From Clostridia bacterium (GTDB lineage: Bacteria; Bacillota; Clostridia; TANB77; RGIG9151), in the NCBI GenBank assembly GCA_017934955.1, contig JAGBIO010000011.1:116377-148376 (forward strand): DNA of 32,000 nucleotides, given 5' to 3'. A program made the position numbers and the translations under genes. Shown here piece after piece: positions 1-9,513 of this stretch. The stretch's first letter is position 1. Each line of letters begins with the position of its first letter. The notes beneath the pieces are model-generated. The model was not told where the DNA came from. It did no database searches and worked only from the letters and a program-made list of their open reading frames with translations.

Positions 1-1
1 G

Positions 2-139
2 ACGACGCGGGTTTGTTTTTATTATGAGCGGGAGAAGGTGACGAAGGTTGCTCCGGAGAGCTTGAGTGTGCGGGTGACGGAGGAGCTGGTTGAGGCGTTG
101 GAGAATTTGCTTGGTGAGGGATGCGTGAAGTTGGTGTGA
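2..139 (+). CDS. 3' end of an unidentified CDS entering from the left edge (...VTEELVEALENLLGEGCVKLV*)
   Basis: Frame 2 is open from the window edge to TGA at 137-139. Coding-like and comparatively GC-rich. No family recognised. Confidence 0.3.
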   Translation, partial: TTRVCFYYEREKVTKVAPESLSVRVTEELVEALENLLGEGCVKLV

Positions 140-155
140 TTTAGAGGCTGATGCC

Positions 156-359
156 GTGAGAAAGAAGAAAAAATAGGGAAAAGGCGGAATAATATAGTTT
201 ATTTGCTCAGGGATTTTTGACCGAATCCTCGATGTGCCTAAAATGGGGCGAAAGCGGGCCCCATTTCTTAACGGCACTTTGCGGGAAGTTGGATTCGGAA
301 AATCATTCGCATATAAACTATATTATTCCGCCTTTTCCCTATTTTTTCTTCTTTCTCAC
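156..359. repeat. 204-nt foldback: 47-bp perfect inverted repeat (156-202 / 313-359) around a 110-nt imperfectly palindromic core
   Basis: Arms compared base by base: 47/47 complementary. The core ends in the hairpin AAATGGGGC-GAAAGCGG-GCCCCATTT (241-266). Confidence 0.9.
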
Positions 360-374
360 TACGTGGAGGTATAA

Positions 375-403
375 TTGACTTTTTATGAAATATGTAATAT
401 AAT
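375..403 (+). promoter_or_regulatory. sigma-A type promoter for the toxin-antitoxin operon
   Basis: TTGACT (375-380), 17-nt spacer, TATAAT (398-403), 50 nt upstream of the TTG start at 453. Confidence 0.6.
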
Positions 404-452
404 AAAATTGCCATCAAAAAGAGGCGAAAAAGGATAAAAGGAGAATAAAGTA

Positions 453-779
453 TTGAAACTGATAAGAGATAGACTAATATTGATTAAAAGTATCGTTACA
501 AAAGACAAGAATGGAGAGACTTTTTCTATTATTCCGAGAAATAAAAATAGAAATTTTATGCGAGAGTATGGATTAAAGTTGAATGATGTGAAAAATATAA
601 TTTTAGGGCTATCGGTGGAAGATTATGCCGGTGGTCCGGAAGAAGATGAAGGTGGTTATGCGGGAGAAGTTTGGTTTTTTGAGCCAAGATTTCGAGGTAT
701 AAAGTGGTATGTGAAGTTAAGAATTCAAGATAATAAACTGATAGTGTGTATATCTATACATGAAACTGGTGTTTATTAA
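453..779 (+). CDS. MqsR-family type II toxin (108 aa)
   Basis: TTG start 8 nt after AGGAG. The C-terminal half (VKNIILGLSVEDY...EVWFFEPRF...WYVKLRI..LIVCISIHE) follows the E. coli MqsR pattern (NVIIGLSESDF...DVYRP...YLKITV..LIVSFKE). Toxin-first order matches mqsRA. Confidence 0.65.
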   Translation: MKLIRDRLILIKSIVTKDKNGETFSIIPRNKNRNFMREYGLKLNDVKNIILGLSVEDYAGGPEEDEGGYAGEVWFFEPRFRGIKWYVKLRIQDNKLIVCISIHETGVY

Positions 780-793
780 GGAGGTTGAGTGGT

Positions 794-1801
794 ATGAAAC
801 ATTATTGTCCGTATTGTAATAGTGTGGAGAAATATAGAGTTGAGAAGCGAATAATAGAGGAATATAAGGGTATAAAAGTAGATGTAGAAGAGAAGGTAAC
901 TTTTTGTGAAAAATGTGGTAATGAAATAATTGTGAATAACATTGAAGATGATAATTTAGTGAGACTTTATGCGAGGTATAGAGAGTTACAGGGAACAGTA
1001 AGTTCGGAAGATATTGTGAAGTTGAGAGAAAAGTATAATTTATCTCAAAGGGAACTTACCGGAATTTTAGGTTGGGGAAAGATGACGATAAATCGGTATG
1101 AAAATGGGAGTTTGCCGACGAAGTCGCATAGTGATTACTTAATAGATTTAATTAAGGATGAAAAGAGGCTATTAGAGAAGGCGAAAATGGCGTATGAGAA
1201 AAAGCAGATAACAGAGAAAACATTTGACAAATTAGTCAAGAACGAGAAAAAAGATACGGATTTGAGAGGTTATTTAGAAAAAGAATTAGTAAGGGAACCC
1301 AATATTTATAATGGCTATAAGCAATTTGATATAGATAAAGTGGAGAATTTAATATCTTATATAGCGAGTAAAGTGGATAATTTGTATTTAACGAGTTTGA
1401 ATAAGTATTTGTGGTTTATAGATATGGTATCTTTTCAGAGAAGAGCCGTGGGTATTACGGGGTTAACTTATATGAAGGAACAGTTTGGACCAGTAATAGT
1501 AGGGGCAAAGTATGAGGAATTATCTAAATTGGAGGATAAGTATAAAAGAGAAGATAGTGAAAAAAATGATGGTGGTTTGATAAGTAAGATAAAGTCGAAG
1601 GGGAATTTTGATTTAAGTGATTTTACGGAGAATGAAATGGAAATTGTTGATGAGGTAATTGAGTTATTAAAGGATAAGTCAGTTAAGGAGATATCTGATT
1701 TGTCGCATAAGGAATTGGGATGGAAAAAGACGGAGCGGTTTAAGCGGATATCGTTTGAGTTTGCAGAGGAGATGGTAATAAATGAAAGAAAAAATTTTTG
1801 A
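794..1801 (+). CDS. Fusion antitoxin: MqsA-like zinc ribbon + XRE HTH fused to a DUF4065/SocA (Panacea) domain
   Basis: ATG at 794 lies 9 nt after AAGGAGG (the ORF-track TTG at 785 is less likely). CPYC...CEKC zinc ribbon plus LREKYNLSQRELTGILGWGKMTINRYENG HTH mirrors MqsA. The C-terminal ~200 aa (KYLWFIDMVSFQRRAVGITGLTYMKEQFGPV) looks like DUF4065. Confidence 0.7.
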   Translation: MKHYCPYCNSVEKYRVEKRIIEEYKGIKVDVEEKVTFCEKCGNEIIVNNIEDDNLVRLYARYRELQGTVSSEDIVKLREKYNLSQRELTGILGWGKMTINRYENGSLPTKSHSDYLIDLIKDEKRLLEKAKMAYEKKQITEKTFDKLVKNEKKDTDLRGYLEKELVREPNIYNGYKQFDIDKVENLISYIASKVDNLYLTSLNKYLWFIDMVSFQRRAVGITGLTYMKEQFGPVIVGAKYEELSKLEDKYKREDSEKNDGGLISKIKSKGNFDLSDFTENEMEIVDEVIELLKDKSVKEISDLSHKELGWKKTERFKRISFEFAEEMVINERKNF

Positions 1802-1931
1802 ATTATTTGGTATAAATTCAATCGGTGAATTGAAAAATTTGATTAGTAAATTGAAGATATATCTTGAAAAAGGTGGTAAAAGATGTAATTATAATTTAGC
1901 GTTTGAATCGGCAGAATTAGTAATAGATTGA
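1782..1931 (+). CDS. Possible 49-aa small ORF overlapping the antitoxin 3' end (MKEKIFELFGINSIGELKNLISKLKIYLEKGGKRCNYNLAFESAELVID)
   Basis: ATG at 1782 about 10 nt after GAGGAG. Overlaps the upstream stop by 20 nt, a coupling-like layout. Below the ORF-track size cutoff; no homology recognised. Confidence 0.2.
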   Translation: MKEKIFELFGINSIGELKNLISKLKIYLEKGGKRCNYNLAFESAELVID

Positions 1932-1973
1932 AATAGATGAGATTGGTGCGTTTAACTAACTGTTGTTTAATGG

Positions 1974-2008
1974 CTTATTAACGGAATAATTTGTTAATAA
2001 GTCTTTTA
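1974..2008 (+). terminator. weak AT-rich hairpin after the TA module
   Basis: CTTATTAAC (1974-1982) / GTTAATAAG (1993-2001), 10-nt loop, followed by TCTTTTAATT. Confidence 0.3.
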
Positions 2009-2091
2009 ATTATGATAAATTTGTTGAAATATAGAAAGCATTAAAATAATATGATAAAATATTAGCAAAATATGAAAATCGGAGGTATTTT

Positions 2092-3540
2092 ATGGATGCC
2101 AATATTAAGAGTGCGATAGATAGAATTTGGGAGTATTTTTGGACGGGTGGAGTTACCAATCCGCTTACTGTTATTGAGCAGATTACATATCTTTTATTTA
2201 TAAAGGGCTTAGATGATGTTGATATTAGTAGAGAGAAAAATGAGGTTTTGTTGGGAATAAAGAAAGCTAAGATTTTTGATGAGAAGCATCAAAATTTGAG
2301 ATGGAGCATTTTTAAGGATTTTGAAGCAGAGAGAATGTATAAAGTTGTTCAAGAAGAAGTTTTTCCATTTATAAAGAGTATGGGAATGGGAAAAGATTCG
2401 AATTATACAAAGTACATGGAAGATGCTATTTTTCTTATTCCGACTCCTATTATGTTACAAAGAGTAGTAACTGCGATAGATAAATTAGAAATGAAAGATA
2501 GAGATACTAAGGGCGATGTGTATGAGTATTTACTTTCTAAATTATCAACAGCTGGCACGAATGGACAATTTAGAACACCGCGACACATTATAAAGATGAT
2601 GGTAGAACTTATGAAGCCTACTGCACAGGATGTTATCGTCGATCCGGCGAGTGGTTCTGCGGGTTTTTTGGTACAAGCAGGGGAATATTTAAGAGAAAAT
2701 CATGCGGATTTATTTAATGTGGCTAATTTAAAAGAGCATTTTAATAATACGATGTTTTATGGTTTTGATATGGATAGAACGATGCTTAGAATTGGTGCGA
2801 TGAACCTTATGCAACATGGAATTGAGAATCCGAATATAAGTTATAAGGATTCATTATCGGAAGATAATGAGGACAATAGTAAATATACCTTAGTTTTAGC
2901 TAATCCACCGTTTAAAGGCTCGATTGATGATGAAAGAACATCGAAGGATTTACTTGCCGTAACGAAAACAAAGAAAACAGAGTTGCTGTTTTTGGCATTG
3001 TTTTTGAGAATATTAAAAGTAGGTGGAAGATGTGCATCCATTGTACCGGATGGAGTTTTATTTGGTAGTTCGAACGCACATAAGTCTATTCGAAGAGAGA
3101 TTATTGAAAATAATAAGTTAGAGGCGATTATATCAATGCCAAGTGGTGTGTTTAAGCCTTATGCAGGGGTTTCGACAGCGATTATGATTTTTACAAAAAC
3201 AGGTGTTGGAGCAACGGATAAAGTTTGGTTTTATGACATGACTGCGGATGGTTTTAGTTTAGATGATCAAAGACAAGAAGTTAAGGAGAATGATATACCG
3301 GATATTATTGCGAGATTTAATAATTTAGAGGGAGAGGAAGATAGAAAGAGAACAGATAAGTCCTTTTTTGTGAGTAAAGAGGAGATTGGTGAAAATGATT
3401 ATGATTTGTCGATTAATAAGTATAAAGAGGTAGTTGTGGAGCAAAAACATTATGATGAGCCTAAGGTGATTTTTAACAGGATTAAAGCTATGGAGGTTGA
3501 ACTTCAGCAGAAACTTGAGGAGTTGGAGGGGATGCTGTAG
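2092..3540 (+). CDS. hsdM: Type I restriction-modification system methyltransferase subunit M
   Basis: 482 aa. AdoMet motif DPASGSAGFL and catalytic LANPPFKG (NPPF) of N6-adenine MTases. The stop overlaps the hsdS start. Confidence 0.95.
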   Translation: MDANIKSAIDRIWEYFWTGGVTNPLTVIEQITYLLFIKGLDDVDISREKNEVLLGIKKAKIFDEKHQNLRWSIFKDFEAERMYKVVQEEVFPFIKSMGMGKDSNYTKYMEDAIFLIPTPIMLQRVVTAIDKLEMKDRDTKGDVYEYLLSKLSTAGTNGQFRTPRHIIKMMVELMKPTAQDVIVDPASGSAGFLVQAGEYLRENHADLFNVANLKEHFNNTMFYGFDMDRTMLRIGAMNLMQHGIENPNISYKDSLSEDNEDNSKYTLVLANPPFKGSIDDERTSKDLLAVTKTKKTELLFLALFLRILKVGGRCASIVPDGVLFGSSNAHKSIRREIIENNKLEAIISMPSGVFKPYAGVSTAIMIFTKTGVGATDKVWFYDMTADGFSLDDQRQEVKENDIPDIIARFNNLEGEEDRKRTDKSFFVSKEEIGENDYDLSINKYKEVVVEQKHYDEPKVIFNRIKAMEVELQQKLEELEGML

Positions 3541-4640
3541 TGATAGTAAAATTAAAAGATGTGACATTATTTTCTAAAGGTAAACAAATTAATGGTAGTG
3601 AATTAAGCGAAGAAGGTAAATTTCCGTATTTAAATGGTGGAATAAAGCCATCTGGAAATTGGAATATGGCAAATACTAAGGCGAATACTGTTACAATTAG
3701 TGAAGGCGGAAATTCTTGTGGATATGTAAATTTTATGAAAGAGCCTTTTTGGTGTGGCGCTCATTGCTATTATTTTTACTCAACAAAAGGTAATTCTAAG
3801 TATTTATATTATGCTTTAAAAAGTCAACAGAATAAAATAATGAAGCTTCGTTCAGGGGCTTGCATGCCTAATATAAAGAAAAATGATTTAGCTAATTTTG
3901 AGTTTGAATATGACTTTAATGAAATTAATCAAAACTTAGTGGTTAATAAATTAGATAAAATTCAAGAAATTATTGATATTCGTATGGAGCAAATAAGGCA
4001 GTTGGAGGAGCTTGTTAAAGCTCGATTTGTCGAACTGTTTGGAGATACCATTCTTAATCCGTATGGTTGGAATGTTGTTACTGTTGGCGATATTGTTACT
4101 GATGTTAGATATGGAACAAGCAAACCCGCTGTCGAAGGTGGAAAATATCCTTATCTGAGAATGAACAACCTTACTTATGACGGGCATTTAGATTTATCTG
4201 ATATGAAGTATATCGACATTTCTGATAATGAAATCGAGAAATGTATTGTCCGCAAAGGTGATGTTCTTTTCAACAGAACCAATAGTATTGAATTGGTTGG
4301 TAAAACCTGTGTGTTTGACTTGGATGATGATATGGTTATAGCAGGATATATCATCCGTGTAAGGTTGAATGAAAAACTCTTGCCTATTGTGCTATCAAGT
4401 TATTTGAACTTGCCTTCGCTCAAAGAACAGCTTAGAAGTATGGCAAAAGGTGCTGTAAATCAAGCCAATATCAATGCGCAGGAATTACAGAGCATAAAAA
4501 TTTATTTGCCACCTATTGAATTACAAAACCAGTTCGCCACCTTTGTCGAACAGACCGACAAATCAAAATTGGAGTATAAGAAAAGTTTAGTAGAAATGCA
4601 AAATTTAATGGAGAGTTTAATGAATCAATATTTTAGCTAA
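3540..4640 (+). CDS. hsdS: Type I restriction-modification system specificity subunit S
   Basis: 366 aa. GTG start shares one base (3540) with the hsdM TAG stop (3538-3540). Two variable target-recognition halves separated by conserved helical spacers (EQIRQLEELVKARFVELFGD; LPPIELQNQFATFVEQ...). Confidence 0.9.
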   Translation: MIVKLKDVTLFSKGKQINGSELSEEGKFPYLNGGIKPSGNWNMANTKANTVTISEGGNSCGYVNFMKEPFWCGAHCYYFYSTKGNSKYLYYALKSQQNKIMKLRSGACMPNIKKNDLANFEFEYDFNEINQNLVVNKLDKIQEIIDIRMEQIRQLEELVKARFVELFGDTILNPYGWNVVTVGDIVTDVRYGTSKPAVEGGKYPYLRMNNLTYDGHLDLSDMKYIDISDNEIEKCIVRKGDVLFNRTNSIELVGKTCVFDLDDDMVIAGYIIRVRLNEKLLPIVLSSYLNLPSLKEQLRSMAKGAVNQANINAQELQSIKIYLPPIELQNQFATFVEQTDKSKLEYKKSLVEMQNLMESLMNQYFS

Positions 4641-4717
4641 ACGAGATTAATAAAAAAGATAGCTTCAATATGCATTAGATGAAAAATGAATGCTGAAAAA
4701 ATGAGGAGAGAATTGAT

Positions 4718-7700
4718 ATGTCAAATTTTGATTTTCTATTAAAAAACAAAATCTTTGAAAGTTTTGCATCATCGTGTGTTGATGCTGAAAAGGCATTAGA
4801 GATAAATAGTGTAACTTCTGCAATTCTTGCACGTCGTGCGGTGGAACTTGCGGTTAAGTGGATGTATGCGAATGATGAATATTTAAAACTTCCATATCAA
4901 GACAATGTTTCTGCTCTTATTCATGATATTACTTTTAAGAACATAATAGATGAGACAATTTTTGAACAAATCAAGTACATTATAAAATTAGGAAATTTTG
5001 CAGTACATAGCAATAAGAAATTAACCAGAGAAGAAGCGATTTTGTCATTAAATTACTTGTTTAACTTTACACAATGGATTATGTATTGTTATACATACGA
5101 AGAGTATATAGAGACAGAATTCAATGAAGGCTTATTGCCAAGTGGAAAAGAAGTTTTGGTTCCTGTGGCGGAGAAGGAAAATTTATATGAGGAGCTAAGT
5201 AAAAAGGACAAAAAGCTTGAGGAAATAATTCGTGAGAACGAAGAGTTAAGAAAGCAATTAACAGAAAAGCGGAAGAAAAAGGTAGTAAAAGATGAGTTTA
5301 AAATTAAAGATATTTCGGAATATGATACGAGAAAGAAGTATATTGATTTAGATTTGAAACTTGCTGGTTGGGATTTTAGTGAGAATATGACTGCAGAATT
5401 ACCGTTAAGTGGTATGCCGAATAATGCAGATAGTGGACGAGCAGATTATGTTTTGTTTGGGAAAAATGGATTACCTCTTGCTGTTGTTGAGGCGAAAAGG
5501 ACAAGCGTAGATTCAAAAGTTGGACAACATCAGGCGAAGCTGTATGCGGATTGTTTAGAGAAGGAGTATCATCAGAGACCGATTATTTTCTATACAAATG
5601 GTTATGAAATCCATATGTGGGATGATATGAATTATGCACCACGAAAAGTATGGGGGTTTTATACGCAAGATGAATTGCAATTGTTGATTAATCGAAGGAC
5701 TTCAAGAGAGAGTTTGAAACATATCGTAATTAGTGATGCAATTACAAACCGTGGTTATCAACATGAGGCAATTAGAAGTGTTTGCGAGGCTTTTGATGAG
5801 GGTCATAGAAAAGCTTTACTTGTGATGGCAACCGGTACCGGTAAGACAAGAACTGCAATATCGATTGTGGATGTATTGACGACTAAAAATTGGGCGAAGA
5901 ATGTGTTATTTTTGGCAGATAGAAAGACTTTGGTAAAGCAAGCTAAGAATAATTTTGTGAAGTTATTGCCGAATCAGTCCTGTTGTAATTTATTGAATGC
6001 AAATGATAAAGAAAATCCGGAAGAGTGTAGAATTGTTTTTTCGACTTACCAGACAATGATGAATGAAATTGATAATAGAAAGGGAAAGAATGGAAATAAG
6101 CTTTTTACGCCGGGACATTTTGATTTAATTATTATAGATGAGGCTCATAGAAGTATTTATAAGAAGTATCAGGCTATTTTTGAGTATTTTGATGGCTTAT
6201 TGGTAGGGCTTACGGCAACTCCGCGAAATGATGTAGATAAAAATACATATAAGTTTTTTGAAATTGAGAATGATGTTCCTACGTTTGCCTATGAGCTTGA
6301 TGAAGCGGTTAAAGAGGGATATTTGGTAGATTACCACTGTATAAGAACCGGAACGGAGTTTATGAGTCGTGGAATACGATATGCGGATTTATCGGAAGAA
6401 GAGAAAGAAGAATATGAAACCTTATTTGAAGAGTATAATACGCCGGATGAAATAGAAGCATCTGCTATGAATTCTTGGATATTTAATCATAATACAATAA
6501 TGCAGTTGTTAGAAATTCTTATGGAGAAAGGGCTTAAAGTAGAAGGTGGAGATAAACTCGGAAAGACAATAATTTTTGCAAAAAATCATAGACATGCGGA
6601 AAAAATAGTGGATGTATTTAATGAGCTATATCCTAATAAAAATGAGGGTGGTCATTTTATAAAGTTGATAGACAATCAAGTAAAGTATAATGATAACTTG
6701 ATTGATGATTTTACATTTAAGGACTTGCCTGTGATTGCGGTGTCGGTAGATATGTTAGATACAGGTGTGGACGTGCCCGAAGTATTGAATTTAGTGTTTT
6801 TTAAACCGGTGAAATCAAAAATAAAGTTTTGGCAGATGATTGGACGTGGGACTAGACTTTGCAAGGATTTATTTGGTCCGGGAATGGATAAAAAAGAGTT
6901 TTACATATTTGATTATTGTGGAAATTTTGATTTCTTTGCTGCAAATCCTAAGGGGACAGAAACTGCAAATGATGCAGGGCTTACAGAGAAGATATATAAT
7001 GCTAAATTGGATTTAATTGTAGAGTTTCAAAATATGAAGTATCAGGATTCTGATGAGTATGTTAATTATAGAAATAGCCTTATAGAAGATTTCCAAAGAG
7101 AAATACAACGCTTGAATCGAGATAGTTTTATTGTAAAGGCGAAGACAATCTATGTTGAGAAATATAGTAAAGCTGATAGTTTTAATTATATCTCAATTTT
7201 AGATGCGAAGGAAATTAAAGATCATATTACGCCTTTATTTTATGGTAATGATGAGGAAGAGTGTGCGAAACGATTTGATTCGTTGCTTTATGGTCTTCAA
7301 GTGTCAAAAATTAATAAAAAAGAAGATAATAGACGAATTTCAGGAATTATTAGCTTAATGGAGGAATTGCAGAAATTAGGAACGATTCCGCAAGTTTTTG
7401 CTAAGAAAGAATTGATTTTGAAGGCATCAACGTCTGCTTTTTGGAAGACATCTGGTTTCTTTGAAATTGAGAAGGCAAGAGCAGAGTTGAGAGAGTTAAT
7501 TCAATATATTGAGCTTTATAAAAGAATTTCGCTATATACTAATTTTACAGATATAGTGATTCCTGTTCAAGAAGGAAAAGTGGATGTATCGTATGGTAGT
7601 GATTTTACGAATTATCGCAAGAAGGTAAATCAGTATTTGGCAGGAAATTTGGAGAGTTTGATTATTTATAAAATAAGACATAATCAGAGATTAACAGAAG

Positions 7701-8071
7701 CTGAAAAGAAGGATTTAGAAAGAATAATGTTTGAGGAGCTTGGTACCAATAAAGAGTATGTTGAGGCTTTTGGTAATAAGCATGTTATGGAAGTGGTAAG
7801 GAATATGGTTGGAATTGCGCCGGAGACTGCAAATGAGATTTTTTCTAAGTACATTAATGATAATAAGCTTAATTTGAAGCAGATTAAGTTTGTGAAGCTT
7901 TTGATTGATTATGTTATAAAGAATGGAACCGTTGAAATGGAAGTGTTGACGGAAGATCCGTTTAGGTCTTTAGGGGAAGTTTATGAGGTTTTTGAGAATA
8001 ATATTGGTGTTATTAAGGAGTTGAGGAGAGATATCGAGCATCTTAATGATAATGCGAAGCTAGTGGGATAG
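4718..8071 (+). CDS. hsdR: Type I restriction endonuclease subunit R with an N-terminal DUF4145-like extension
   Basis: 1117 aa. PD-(D/E)xK core GRADYVLF...AVVEAKR. SF2 helicase motifs ATGTGKT, IIDEAHRS (DEAH) and QMIGRGTR. Confidence 0.95.
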   Translation: MSNFDFLLKNKIFESFASSCVDAEKALEINSVTSAILARRAVELAVKWMYANDEYLKLPYQDNVSALIHDITFKNIIDETIFEQIKYIIKLGNFAVHSNKKLTREEAILSLNYLFNFTQWIMYCYTYEEYIETEFNEGLLPSGKEVLVPVAEKENLYEELSKKDKKLEEIIRENEELRKQLTEKRKKKVVKDEFKIKDISEYDTRKKYIDLDLKLAGWDFSENMTAELPLSGMPNNADSGRADYVLFGKNGLPLAVVEAKRTSVDSKVGQHQAKLYADCLEKEYHQRPIIFYTNGYEIHMWDDMNYAPRKVWGFYTQDELQLLINRRTSRESLKHIVISDAITNRGYQHEAIRSVCEAFDEGHRKALLVMATGTGKTRTAISIVDVLTTKNWAKNVLFLADRKTLVKQAKNNFVKLLPNQSCCNLLNANDKENPEECRIVFSTYQTMMNEIDNRKGKNGNKLFTPGHFDLIIIDEAHRSIYKKYQAIFEYFDGLLVGLTATPRNDVDKNTYKFFEIENDVPTFAYELDEAVKEGYLVDYHCIRTGTEFMSRGIRYADLSEEEKEEYETLFEEYNTPDEIEASAMNSWIFNHNTIMQLLEILMEKGLKVEGGDKLGKTIIFAKNHRHAEKIVDVFNELYPNKNEGGHFIKLIDNQVKYNDNLIDDFTFKDLPVIAVSVDMLDTGVDVPEVLNLVFFKPVKSKIKFWQMIGRGTRLCKDLFGPGMDKKEFYIFDYCGNFDFFAANPKGTETANDAGLTEKIYNAKLDLIVEFQNMKYQDSDEYVNYRNSLIEDFQREIQRLNRDSFIVKAKTIYVEKYSKADSFNYISILDAKEIKDHITPLFYGNDEEECAKRFDSLLYGLQVSKINKKEDNRRISGIISLMEELQKLGTIPQVFAKKELILKASTSAFWKTSGFFEIEKARAELRELIQYIELYKRISLYTNFTDIVIPVQEGKVDVSYGSDFTNYRKKVNQYLAGNLESLIIYKIRHNQRLTEAEKKDLERIMFEELGTNKEYVEAFGNKHVMEVVRNMVGIAPETANEIFSKYINDNKLNLKQIKFVKLLIDYVIKNGTVEMEVLTEDPFRSLGEVYEVFENNIGVIKELRRDIEHLNDNAKLVG

Positions 8072-8151
8072 GTGATGAATTAAAAAGGAAATATGAGATA
8101 CATATTGTAGAATATTAAGAGAAAATATCGGAAAATTTTTTTTGTAATAAG

Positions 8152-8190
8152 AATACCGAAAGAAAATTGAAAAATCTTCCGGTATTTTCT
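8152..8190. terminator. bidirectional terminator between hsdR and the convergent HTH pseudogene
   Basis: AATACCGAAAG (8152-8162) pairs with CTTCCGGTATT (8176-8186), 10/11, followed by a T-rich tail. Confidence 0.5.
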
Positions 8191-8834
8191 TATTTCACAC
8201 GTTCCACTAAATCTTCCATCTCGCAACACAGCACTTTCGACAACGCCACAAGATACTCTGCCTGAGCTTTATTAATATTCTTTTGTCTTTATTCATACTG
8301 TTGAATGGTACGAACCGGTATTCCGGATAATTCAGCAAGTTCACGTTGACTGAGATTGGCTTTTTGACGTAAAAATTTAAGATTGGTTTCCGGTTTAGCG
8401 ATTTTATATAGCGAATTCATTTTATCCACAAATTGCCGAATATCCATTTCGTGATAAGGAGAATAGAGTGCCATTATCTCTTTTATAGGAATATAGCGAA
8501 CAATTTCGGAAAAATGAAGTCCGGTTTCCCATTGGTAATATGCTAATGCCCATCCGGTCCAATATTCTTTACTTCTATTTACTGCATAGTTCGGTTGTAT
8601 TCGTTCCACAGAAACATTTGCTTTTTCAAGTACTTCATAAGCCACTTCTACACCCGACATTCCAACAAGTATGTGAAAATCTCCGCTTTCGAATTTGGAA
8701 GCGACACCCGAGGTTAAGAACAATTCAAAGAAATTTGCAATATCATATTTCAAGTCATATACTGCAAAATCCAACATTCTTCCAAGAGCAATACGAGCTT
8801 TTTCCAAATAGGTTTTATCGTAAGCGTTTGTCAT
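8190..8834 (-). pseudogene. XRE-family HTH regulator interrupted by an in-frame TAA (8289-8291)
   Basis: The 181-aa ORF stops inside its HTH (...LSQRELAELSGIPVRTIQQYE*). The same frame then reads RQKNINKAQAEYLVALSKVLCCEMEDLVERVK* for 33 more codons to a TAA at 8190-8192, next to the terminator. Confidence 0.6.
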
Positions 8835-8914
8835 CCGCTTTCATCTCCTCATTCATAATTTGTGTGATGTATAAATCTCCGCCTTGAAATTTATTTCGTT
8901 CTACATCAAAATAT

Positions 8915-9400
8915 TCACGTCATGCAGTTTTGTCTCGTAACAATATGCTCAAATTCACCCTCTAAATTCTTCAACTTTTCCGCTAAAAACGCCGGAAAAG
9001 CCTTATAATCTTTTAACTTATCAATCGGCAACCAACAAACATTTTCCTCCGCACCACAAGTAGCGGTACTGGTGCATTTTAATTCTTTTTTGCCTTTCGG
9101 CTTCATCAAGAAATAAACCGCAATTTCATGACATTCTAACCCATCAAGTGTTCCGGACCCGGTAAAGAAATTTTCATGAAGAAAAGCAAGTCTGTCGATT
9201 TCATAATGTTCACCGGTTTCTTCTAAAACTTCTCTTTTTACTGCATCTTCTACAGTTTCGCCAAATTCAACAGCGCCTCCGATTGAGTAGTAATAGTCGT
9301 CTAAGCTGTTTTTTGCAAAAAGAACATAGCCATCTTCCACGATTATCGCACAAGCACGATATCGAAATCTTTTATTTCCTTCTACGAAACAACAATCCAT
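8915..9400 (-). CDS. Nudix hydrolase
   Basis: Nudix box GGAVEFGETVEDAVKREVLEETG. RBS GGAGG upstream of the ATG. Confidence 0.85.
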   Translation of the reverse strand: MDCCFVEGNKRFRYRACAIIVEDGYVLFAKNSLDDYYYSIGGAVEFGETVEDAVKREVLEETGEHYEIDRLAFLHENFFTGSGTLDGLECHEIAVYFLMKPKGKKELKCTSTATCGAEENVCWLPIDKLKDYKAFPAFLAEKLKNLEGEFEHIVTRQNCMT

Positions 9401-9513
9401 AATAAAGCCTCCTATCCATTATCTTTTACTTCTAAATAATAATCCTTACTTTCAAAGTGCTTTTTGCCACTAAAACTTTCATAGGTACTATCATTAGAGT
9501 GAACAAAGCTTAA

